24,000 nucleotides of DNA, from the NCBI RefSeq assembly GCF_049310065.1, contig NZ_JBMDLB010000007.1, positions 1,549,224-1,573,223 of the forward strand, in the 5' to 3' direction. How positions within the stretch are numbered: position 1 is the stretch's first letter; every line of letters starts with the position of its first letter. Both the position numbers and the translations under genes were made by a program. Below the pieces are notes generated by a model. That model was not told the DNA's origin. It did no database searches and was given only the letters and a program-made list of their open reading frames with translations. Shown here piece after piece: positions 16,829 through 23,369 of this stretch. The stretch comes from Streptomyces sp. 5.8 (lineage in GTDB: Bacteria; Actinomycetota; Actinomycetes; Streptomycetales; Streptomycetaceae).

Positions 16829-16839
16829 ACTCCGTGGGA

Positions 16840-18243
16840 TCAGGCCTGCGCGGAGATCCGCGCGAGGCGCTGGGCCTCTTCCCGCGTGGACACGGCGATG
16901 GCGTCCTCGTCGGCGAAGAGGAGACGGTTGTTCTCGACGATCTGCTTGCCGTTGACGAACGACGCGGTGACCGGAGCCGCCGCGCCGAAGACCAGCGCGG
17001 TGACCGGGTCGGCGATCGAGGAGTGCAGGAGGGTGTTCAGGTTCCAGAGCACCAGGTCGGCGCACTTGCCGACCTCCAGCGAACCGATGTTCGAGGCGCG
17101 GCCGAGGACCTGGGCGCCACCGAACGTACCGAGGCGCAGGGCCTGGCGGGCGTTCAGGGCACGCTCGCGGTGGACCGGGTTCAGGCGGTTGATGAGCAGC
17201 GCGTTGCGCAGCTCGGTGTGCAGCTCACCGGACTCGTTCGAGGCGGTGCCGTCCACGCCGAGGCCGACCGGTACACCGGCGGCCAGCATGTCCGGGACGC
17301 GGGCGATGCCGGCGGCCAGACGGGCGTTGGAGGACGGGCAGTGCGCGACACCGGTCTTGGTACGGGCGAACGCGGCGATGTCGGAGTCGTTCATGTGGAC
17401 GCTGTGCGCCATCCACACGTCCTCGCCGAGCCAGCCGGTCGACTCGAAGTAGTCGGTCGGGCCCATGCCGAACAGTTCCTTGCAGAACTGCTCTTCCTCG
17501 ACGGTCTCCGAGCCGTGCGTGTGCATGCGCACACCCAGGCGGCGGGCCATCTCGGCGCCCTGCTTCAGCAGCTCGGTGGAGACCGAGAAGGGGGAGCAGG
17601 GGGCGACGGCGACCTGGGTCATCGCGTCGAAGGAGGCGTCGTGGTACTTCTTCACGGTCGCCTCGGTGTCCGCGAGGGCACCTTCGAGGGTCTCGACCGC
17701 GTGGTCCGGCGGCAGGCCGCCGTCCTTCTCGCTGCGGTCCATCGAGCCGCGGGCGAGGGTGAAGCGGACGCCCATCTCGGACGCGGCGCGGATGATCGAC
17801 CCGGAGAGGTCGCCCGAGCCCTTGGGGAAGACGTAGTGGTGGTCCATCGCGGTGGTGACGCCACCCTTGGCCATCGCGGCGAGGGAGCCCTGCGCGGCCG
17901 TGTACGTCATCTGCTCGTCGATGCGCGCCCACGTCGGGTACAGCGCGACCAGCCAGTTGAAGAGGTTGTGGTCGGTGGCCAGGCCACGCGTGATCCACTG
18001 GTAGAAGTGGTGGTGCGTGTTGACCAGACCGGGGGTCACGAGGTGCCCGGTGCCGTCGATGCGGCGGACGACGTTCTCGAGGTTCTCGGGGGCCTTGCCC
18101 GCGCCGACGAACTCGATCTTGTTACCGGCGAGCACCACGTGACCCGAGGCGTACTCGGTGTCGTTGGCGTCGACGGTCGCAATCGCACAGTTTTCGATGA
18201 CGATGCGCTCTACGGCGCTGTCATTGGCTGCCGATGCTGCCAT
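16840..18243 (-). CDS. 8-oxoguanine deaminase-like amidohydrolase (guanine/atrazine-type deaminase superfamily)
   Basis: Metal-binding motif LVNTHHHFYQ, plus GGLPP, APCSPFSV, HTHGSE, AHCPSSNARLAAG and GLGVDGTASN. These closely follow the pattern of the Pseudomonas Pa0142-type 8-oxoguanine deaminase family as I recall it. GAGGAAG RBS before ATG 18243. The track ORF is over-extended to 18459. Confidence 0.88.
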   Translation of the reverse strand: MAASAANDSAVERIVIENCAIATVDANDTEYASGHVVLAGNKIEFVGAGKAPENLENVVRRIDGTGHLVTPGLVNTHHHFYQWITRGLATDHNLFNWLVALYPTWARIDEQMTYTAAQGSLAAMAKGGVTTAMDHHYVFPKGSGDLSGSIIRAASEMGVRFTLARGSMDRSEKDGGLPPDHAVETLEGALADTEATVKKYHDASFDAMTQVAVAPCSPFSVSTELLKQGAEMARRLGVRMHTHGSETVEEEQFCKELFGMGPTDYFESTGWLGEDVWMAHSVHMNDSDIAAFARTKTGVAHCPSSNARLAAGIARVPDMLAAGVPVGLGVDGTASNESGELHTELRNALLINRLNPVHRERALNARQALRLGTFGGAQVLGRASNIGSLEVGKCADLVLWNLNTLLHSSIADPVTALVFGAAAPVTASFVNGKQIVENNRLLFADEDAIAVSTREEAQRLARISAQA

Positions 18244-18421
18244 GGGACTTCCTCGTGCTTTCAGTGGCGGTGCGGGCACGGCAAAACCCAGGGGATTTGA
18301 GTGCCGGAGCCGGGGGCCTTGACAGCTGACAGTACTGCCGCCCCGTGTGGTGCGTCCGGGTGCCGATTCAGGAAGTTCAGAGTGTTGCGGGTGTGGAGGG
18401 TGCTGACAGGTGTCGCGCCGC

Positions 18422-18446
18422 CCCGGGGCCACTGCGGAGCCCCGGG
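18422..18446 (-). terminator. Hairpin downstream of uricase
   Basis: CCCGGGGC (18422-18429) pairs with GCCCCGGG (18439-18446). The sequence resembles the GGGGC-GGAGCCCC hairpins of the repeat family. Confidence 0.5.
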
Positions 18447-18460
18447 ACGGGCGTGCCACA

Positions 18461-19384
18461 TCAGAGGTTGGTCATGTCCACGGGGATCTGGGCGTCTACG
18501 CCGTCGCGGAGGACCGTCGCCTCGATCAGACCGTAGGGACGGTCCGCGGCGAAGTACACCTCGTTGTCGTTCTTGAGACCGAAGGGCTCGAGGTCGACGA
18601 GGAAGTGGTGCTTGTTCGGGAGCGAGAAGCGGACCTCGTCGATCTCCGAACGGTGGTTGATGATGCGCGAACCCATCTGGTACAGGGTCTGCTGCAGCGA
18701 CAGGGAGTAGGTCTCCGCGAAGGCCTGGAGCATGTGCTTCCGGGTCTCGGCGTAGGACTTCTCCCAGTTGGGCATGCGCTGCTCGTCATCCGACCAGTTG
18801 AAGCGCCAGCGAGCCGAAACCTGGGTCGCCAGGATGCGGTCGTAGGCCTCCTTCAGGGTCGTGTACTTGTCCTTCACGTAACCCCAGAACTCGGAGTTCG
18901 TGGAGTTCATGACGACGAGGTCCTTGAGGCCGGAGATGACCTCCCAGTTCTTGCCGTCGTACGTGATCTGGGTGACGCGGGTCTCCATGCCCTCGCGGAC
19001 GAAGGAGTGGTTCACCTCGTCGGAGCCGATGAACTTGGAGTTCGCGTCCGAGGTCGCGATCCGGGACCAGGAGTACTCCTCGATCCGGATGCGGGCCTTC
19101 TGGATCGGCTCCTGGCTGTTGACGAACCAGCGCGCCAGGTGGATGCCGAACTGCTCGGCGGACTCGATGCCGTACTCCTTGGCGAACGCGTACACCGTGT
19201 TCTTGGTGGTGTCCGTCGGAAGGACGTTGGCGTTCGAGCCGGAGTAGTGGACGTCGTCCATGTCGCCCGAGAGGGCGACCGAGACGTTCAGGTCCTTGAT
19301 GTGGTGGGTGTCGCCGTCCCGCGTGATCTTGACTACGCGGTTCTCTGCTTTGCCGTACTGGTTCTGGCCCAGAATGGTGGCCAT
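18461..19384 (-). CDS. pucL: Urate oxidase (cofactor-independent uricase)
   Basis: N-terminus LGQNQYGKAENRVVKITRDG, then NVLPTDTTKNTVYAFAKE and SLQQTLY. The length is typical for uricase (307 aa). Confidence 0.95.
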   Translation of the reverse strand: MATILGQNQYGKAENRVVKITRDGDTHHIKDLNVSVALSGDMDDVHYSGSNANVLPTDTTKNTVYAFAKEYGIESAEQFGIHLARWFVNSQEPIQKARIRIEEYSWSRIATSDANSKFIGSDEVNHSFVREGMETRVTQITYDGKNWEVISGLKDLVVMNSTNSEFWGYVKDKYTTLKEAYDRILATQVSARWRFNWSDDEQRMPNWEKSYAETRKHMLQAFAETYSLSLQQTLYQMGSRIINHRSEIDEVRFSLPNKHHFLVDLEPFGLKNDNEVYFAADRPYGLIEATVLRDGVDAQIPVDMTNL

Positions 19385-19385
19385 G

Positions 19386-19793
19386 CTAGCTCCCTCGGTA
19401 AACGGAGTAGCCGAACGGGTTGAGCAGCAGCGGTACGTGATAGTGCTCGCCCGGGTTCACCGCGAAGGTGATGGTGACCTCGGGGAAGAACGCACCGCTG
19501 TCCCTTACGCGGGGGGCGTCCTGCTGTGCCTCGGCGGCTTGCTTCTTGGAACTGTGCTTATTCAAGAAGTACGTCTCGGTCTCGAAGTCGAGGCGCACGT
19601 GGGTGATGCCCTCCGGCAGCGCCGGCAGGTCCTTGCAGCGCCCGTCGGCATCGGTGGCGGATCCGCCCAGGGCCGCCCACTCGCCGTCGAGACCCGTACG
19701 GGCCGACAGGGAGATCGCGACGCCTTCGGCGGGCTTTCCGATGCTGGTGTCCAGGATGTGCGTGGACACCGACGCGGTGGTCTCAGTGCTCAT
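19386..19793 (-). CDS. uraH: 5-hydroxyisourate hydrolase (transthyretin-like)
   Basis: STHILDTS N-terminal motif, YHVPLLLNPFGYSVYRGS C-terminal signature. There is a 1-nt gap to the uricase start. Confidence 0.95.
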   Translation of the reverse strand: MSTETTASVSTHILDTSIGKPAEGVAISLSARTGLDGEWAALGGSATDADGRCKDLPALPEGITHVRLDFETETYFLNKHSSKKQAAEAQQDAPRVRDSGAFFPEVTITFAVNPGEHYHVPLLLNPFGYSVYRGS

Positions 19794-19801
19794 GCTCGGT
19801 C

Positions 19802-20317
19802 TTACTCTCCTTCTACGGATTCCACGAGGCGGGTCAGGCGAATCCGGTTGATCTTGACGAGCTCGCCACGAGCGGTTTCCCGCTCCTGTTCCGGCGAGTT
19901 CTCGATCCGGACCTTGACCGCGTCCCGCATGAACTCACCGGTCGCACCGGTGGCGCAGATGAGGAAGACGTGGCCGAACTTGTCCTGGTAGGCCAGGTTC
20001 AGTTCGAGGAGCTCGGTCTTGAGCTCCTCAGAGGCACCGGCCATGCCGCGCTGCTCGCGGGCGGAGGTCGGGTCTCCCGGCTTCGGCCGGCCGATCGGCG
20101 CGTGTCCACCCATCGCCTCGCCCAGGTCCTCCGCGGTGAGCTCGGCCATGGCGGCCTCGTTCGCGGAGAACAGGGTGTCGACGCTGGTGAAGGGGCGCTG
20201 GGCGAGCAGCTTGCTGCCCCATGCCGAGCTGGCACACACCTCGTGCAGCTCGGCCGTGGCCGCGCTGTCGTCCAAGGCGTTGAACCGGGTGAGACCCGGG
20301 GTCGGACTCGAAGTCAC
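19802..20317 (-). CDS. uraD: 2-oxo-4-hydroxy-4-carboxy-5-ureidoimidazoline (OHCU) decarboxylase
   Basis: LxRFNAL..., AHPxIG-like (GGHAPIGRP), SAREQ, YQDKFGHVFLICATG motifs. GTG start at 20317 preceded by GGAGG. It is the first gene of the uraD-uraH-uricase operon. Confidence 0.9.
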   Translation of the reverse strand: MTSSPTPGLTRFNALDDSAATAELHEVCASSAWGSKLLAQRPFTSVDTLFSANEAAMAELTAEDLGEAMGGHAPIGRPKPGDPTSAREQRGMAGASEELKTELLELNLAYQDKFGHVFLICATGATGEFMRDAVKVRIENSPEQERETARGELVKINRIRLTRLVESVEGE

Positions 20318-20360
20318 GGTAGGCCTCCGTGGCCTGTTGTTGCTTTGACGGGCTGCGCAT

Positions 20361-20400
20361 AGCTAACGCCTTCGACAACACGGCGTCAACACTTTGTTGA
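20361..20400 (-). promoter_or_regulatory. Putative uraD operon promoter with overlapping perfect TCAAC-N5-GTTGA dyad
   Basis: The minus strand reads TTTCAACAAAGTGTTGACG. The dyad is at 20386-20400 and a -35-like TTGACG at 20384-20389. A -10-like TTAGCT/TAGCTA lies 17-18 nt downstream at 20360-20366. Confidence 0.5.
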
Positions 20401-20410
20401 AACTTCCCGT

Positions 20411-20447
20411 ACACAAAAGCCGCCGCCCGGGTGAATTGGGCGGCGGC
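20411..20447 (-). terminator. Rho-independent-type terminator after the HTH gene
   Basis: GCCGCCGCCC (20419-20428) pairs with GGGCGGCGGC (20438-20447). On the minus strand the hairpin is followed by TTTTGTGT. Confidence 0.7.
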
Positions 20448-20471
20448 TCGTCACGGTGGGTCACTCAGGAT

Positions 20472-20891
20472 TCACTCCGGGTTGGTCCCGGCGGACCCTT
20501 TGGGAGCCTCACCGGAGCCCTTCGGAGTGCTTGAGTCCCTGTTCAGGTAGTTGTAGACCGTGAAGCGGCTTACGCCCAGGGCGCCGGCGACCGTTTCCAC
20601 ACCGTGCCGGACCGAGAAGGCGCCGCGCGCCTCCAGTATCCGCACGACGTCCTGCTTGGACTTCCGGTCGAGCTGGGACAACGGCACGCCGTGCCGGCGC
20701 TCCAGCGCCGCCAGGATGTGGTCCAGCGAGTCGGAGAGCTGCGGAAGCCGTACAGCGAGCAGGTCCTGACCCTCCCAGGCGAGCACGACGTCGTCGGGCT
20801 GGGCCAGGGACGGATCCATCAGCTCGCCGCCCATCGCGTCCACCAGCGGCTTGACCGCGGCGACGAACGGGTGATCCCTGGGCTCGGTCAT
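20472..20891 (-). CDS. Small HTH-domain protein (putative transcriptional regulator)
   Basis: The C-terminal HTH is GVETVAGALGVSRFTVYNYLNRD, preceded by KSKQDVVRILEARGAF. The start ATG overlaps the upstream gene's stop (ATGA at 20888-20891). Confidence 0.75.
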   Translation of the reverse strand: MTEPRDHPFVAAVKPLVDAMGGELMDPSLAQPDDVVLAWEGQDLLAVRLPQLSDSLDHILAALERRHGVPLSQLDRKSKQDVVRILEARGAFSVRHGVETVAGALGVSRFTVYNYLNRDSSTPKGSGEAPKGSAGTNPE

Positions 20892-21145
20892 GGCGTGTCC
20901 TCCCCGGTCCCGATCACATTGACCTGGAGCGAGACGCGCGTGGCTCCGGCTTCCAGGGAGTTGCGCAGCAGCGCGGCGACCGCGGTCAGCACCGCTTCGG
21001 ACTCCCCTTCGGCCGTGTTGCCGAACGGGCCGACATCCACCGCGTCCAGCTGGGCCGTCTGGATGACCTCGCGAGCGGCTACGGCATGGGCAGGGGCCTC
21101 TTCTAGATCGAAGGGCTCGGTCGTGAACTCCACTCTCAATCGCAC
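20888..21145 (-). CDS. Small YkoF/MTH1187-like (thiamine-binding-protein-like, ACT-fold) protein
   Basis: VRLRVEFTTEPFDLEEAP...VDVGPFGNTAEGE...ATRVSLQVNV matches my recollection of the Streptomyces proteins annotated as the thiamine-binding/YkoF family. The GTG 21145 start is inferred. The track ORF is over-extended to 21466. Confidence 0.55.
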   Translation of the reverse strand: MRLRVEFTTEPFDLEEAPAHAVAAREVIQTAQLDAVDVGPFGNTAEGESEAVLTAVAALLRNSLEAGATRVSLQVNVIGTGEDTP

Positions 21146-21294
21146 GCCGCTCAAGCTACCCGGACCAGAAGGAGTGGCGCGATAGCGCCCCCTTGAGGGG
21201 TGGCGGTCGGGCGACGGGCGGGCCGGACTTTTCGGGAGGCGGTACTTGACAACCGGGCCGCCCTGCTTGCAGTCTTCCATCAGGCAGAAACTAA

Positions 21295-21314
21295 CTTCCG
21301 CAATACGGAAGGAG
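21295..21314 (+). promoter_or_regulatory. SD-sequestering hairpin / operator-like dyad in the hyi leader
   Basis: CTTCCG (21295-21300), CAATA, CGGAAG (21306-21311). The right arm is part of the RBS GGAAGGAG (21307-21314). Confidence 0.4.
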
Positions 21315-21326
21315 CGCACACCCCTC

Positions 21327-22160
21327 ATGGGATACACGGACCAGCGCTTCGATGTAAATCTTTCGATCCTCTTCACGGAACTCCCGCTCCTGGAGCGTCC
21401 CGCGGCTGCCGCCGCAGCGGGCTTCACGGCGGTCGAGCTGTGGTGGCCCTGGATCGAGACCCCCACCCCCGCTCAGGAGGAGCTCGACGCCCTCAAGACC
21501 GCTCTTGAGGACGCCGGCACCCAGCTGGTGGGCCTGAACTTCTACGCCGGCCAGCTGCCGGGTCCGGACCGCGGTGCGGTCTCGGTTCCCGGTGAGGAGT
21601 CGGAGCGCTTCAACGCCAACATCAACGTGGCTGCGGACTTCGCCGCCTCGGTCGGCTGCAAGGCGCTCAACGCCCTGTACGGCAACCGCGTCGAAGGCGT
21701 GGACCCGGCCGTTCAGGACGAGCTCGCGCTGAAGAACCTGGTCGTGGCGGCTCAGGCCGCGGACCGCGTCGGCGCGATCCTCCTGATCGAGACCCTGAAC
21801 AAGCCCGAGTCGCCGCTCTACCCCCTGGTGAGCGCCCCGGCCGGCATCGAGGTAGTGGACAAGGTGAACGAGGCCACCGGCCTCGGGAACGCCAAGTTCC
21901 TGCTCGACCTGTACCACCTGGCGATGAACGATGAGGACCTCTCCGAGGTCATCGAAAAGTACGCCGCCAAGACCGGACACGTCCAGATTGCGGACAAGCC
22001 GGGACGAGGTGCCCCCGGCACCGGCGAGCTGCCCCTCGAAGAGCTGCTCGACCAGCTCCAGAAGGCCGGCTACCAGGGCTTTGTCGGTCTCGAGTACAAG
22101 GCCGCCGACGCCGCCGCCTCCTTCGCATGGCTGCCGGCCGAGGCCCGCGCCGCGAAGTAA
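21327..22160 (+). CDS. hyi: Hydroxypyruvate isomerase (TIM-barrel, Hyi family)
   Basis: The N-terminus RFDVNLSILFTELPLLERP and the LIETLN, LDLYHL and GHVQIADxPGRGxPGTGE motifs are typical of Hyi. GGAAGGAG RBS before ATG 21327. Confidence 0.92.
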   Translation: MGYTDQRFDVNLSILFTELPLLERPAAAAAAGFTAVELWWPWIETPTPAQEELDALKTALEDAGTQLVGLNFYAGQLPGPDRGAVSVPGEESERFNANINVAADFAASVGCKALNALYGNRVEGVDPAVQDELALKNLVVAAQAADRVGAILLIETLNKPESPLYPLVSAPAGIEVVDKVNEATGLGNAKFLLDLYHLAMNDEDLSEVIEKYAAKTGHVQIADKPGRGAPGTGELPLEELLDQLQKAGYQGFVGLEYKAADAAASFAWLPAEARAAK

Positions 22161-22234
22161 GCGGAAAAGTCCGGGCGAACAGCCAGGCACCTGACGAACT
22201 TTTCGTACGAAGCATTAAGAGAAGGACCCTCATC

Positions 22235-23125
22235 ATGAGCAACCTCCCCAAGATCGCGTGGATCGGTCTCGGCATCATGGGCTCCCCCATGGCCGAGAAC
22301 CTCCTGAAGGCCGGCTACTCGGTCACCGGCTTCACGCTGGAGCAGGACAAGCTGGACCGCCTGGCCGCGGCCGGTGGCGGCGCCGCCGGTTCGATCGCCG
22401 AGGCCGTCAAGGACGCCGACGTCATCATCACGATGGTGCCCGCCTCCCCGCAGGTCGAGGCCATCTCCTACGGTGAGAACGGCATCCTCGAGAACGCCAA
22501 GTCCGGCGCGCTGATCATCGACATGTCGTCGATCACCCCGCAGACCTCGATCGACCTGGCGAAGAACGCCGCCGCCAAGGGCATCCGCGTCATCGACGCC
22601 CCGGTGTCCGGTGGCGAGGCCGGTGCCATCGAGGCCGTCCTGTCGATCATGGTGGGTGGCGAGCAGGCCGACTTCGACGAGGCCCTCCCGATCCTCGAGG
22701 CCCTCGGCAAGGTCATCGTCCTGTGCGGCCCGCACGGCTCCGGCCAGACGGTGAAGGCTGCCAACCAGCTCATCGTCGCGGTGAACATCCAGGCGTGCGC
22801 CGAGGCCGTCGTCTTCCTCGAGAAGTCGGGCGTGAACCTCGAAGCCGCTCTGGACGTGCTCAACGGCGGTCTGGCCGGCTCCACGGTCCTGACCCGCAAG
22901 AAGGCCAACTTCCTGAACCGCGACTTCAAGCCCGGTTTCCGGATCGACCTGCACCACAAGGACATGGGCATCGTCACCGACGCCGCCCGCAACGTCGGTG
23001 CGGCCCTCCCGGTCGGCGCGGTCGTCGCCCAGCTGGTCGCCTCGCTGCGCGCCCAGGGTGACGGTGGCCTGGACCACTCCGCGCTGCTCCGCGCGGTCGA
23101 GCGCCTCTCCGGCGCCCAGATCTGA
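22235..23125 (+). CDS. glxR: 2-hydroxy-3-oxopropionate (tartronate semialdehyde) reductase
   Basis: Rossmann motif IAWIGLGIMGSPMAENL and beta-hydroxyacid dehydrogenase motifs (DAPVSGGEAGA, GSGQTVKAANQ, KDMGI). GAAGGA RBS before ATG 22235. Confidence 0.92.
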   Translation: MSNLPKIAWIGLGIMGSPMAENLLKAGYSVTGFTLEQDKLDRLAAAGGGAAGSIAEAVKDADVIITMVPASPQVEAISYGENGILENAKSGALIIDMSSITPQTSIDLAKNAAAKGIRVIDAPVSGGEAGAIEAVLSIMVGGEQADFDEALPILEALGKVIVLCGPHGSGQTVKAANQLIVAVNIQACAEAVVFLEKSGVNLEAALDVLNGGLAGSTVLTRKKANFLNRDFKPGFRIDLHHKDMGIVTDAARNVGAALPVGAVVAQLVASLRAQGDGGLDHSALLRAVERLSGAQI

Positions 23126-23139
23126 GCTCCGCTCGGATA

Positions 23140-23162
23140 GGCGGCCCGCTCACCGGGCCGCC
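23140..23162 (+). terminator. Hairpin downstream of glxR
   Basis: GGCGGCCCG (23140-23148) pairs with CGGGCCGCC (23154-23162). A second small hairpin GCCCCG/CGGGGC follows. Confidence 0.6.
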
Positions 23163-23273
23163 ACCCGCCCCGCTCTCGGGGCCCTGAGTTTCCGGATGGT
23201 GCCGGTGCTGACACCTGTCCTGTCGCGCCCAAGTGCCGGCACCGTCCGGATCACCTCTCCTCCACTCTTTCTT

Positions 23274-23314
23274 TCAACAAACCGTTGACGTCGAGTTCAT
23301 GCCGAAATTAGGCT
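23274..23314 (+). promoter_or_regulatory. Putative catalase promoter with overlapping TCAAC-N5-GTTGA dyad
   Basis: The dyad TCAACAAACCGTTGA lies at 23274-23288 and a -35-like TTGACG at 23285-23290. A -10-like TAGGCT sits at 23309-23314 (18-nt spacer). Confidence 0.5.
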
Positions 23315-23364
23315 GTTCCGCATGACGGAAGACGAATTCCGTCAGCAGTTCCCCGTACGGAAGG
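23315..23364 (+). promoter_or_regulatory. Catalase leader with four alternately complementary TTCCG/CGGAA segments ending in the SD
   Basis: TTCCG 23316-23320, TGACGGAA 23323-23330, TTCCGTCA 23337-23344 and ACGGAAGG 23357-23364. The last contains the RBS, 5 nt before ATG 23370. Confidence 0.4.
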
Positions 23365-23369
23365 TCACC

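Noticed and set aside
18361-18386. A fourth TCAAC-N5-GTTGA site upstream of the deaminase. The minus strand reads GCAACACTCTGAACTTCC and shares TGAACTTCC with the aceB site.
   Set aside because: The dyad itself is not preserved (GCAAC ... TGAAC with the wrong spacing), and no -10-like hexamer follows at 17-18 nt.
16840-18459. The extended starts of the deaminase ORF (18459) and of the YkoF-like ORF (21466).
   Set aside because: The upstream extensions have no family similarity and run across hairpins and promoter-like DNA. Internal starts (ATG 18243 with GAGGAAG; GTG 21145) match the expected protein N-termini.
21146-21326. A TTGACA at 21246-21251 as the hyi promoter -35.
   Set aside because: No convincing -10 hexamer lies at 16-19 nt (only GCAGTC/CAGTCT), so I left the hyi promoter unassigned.
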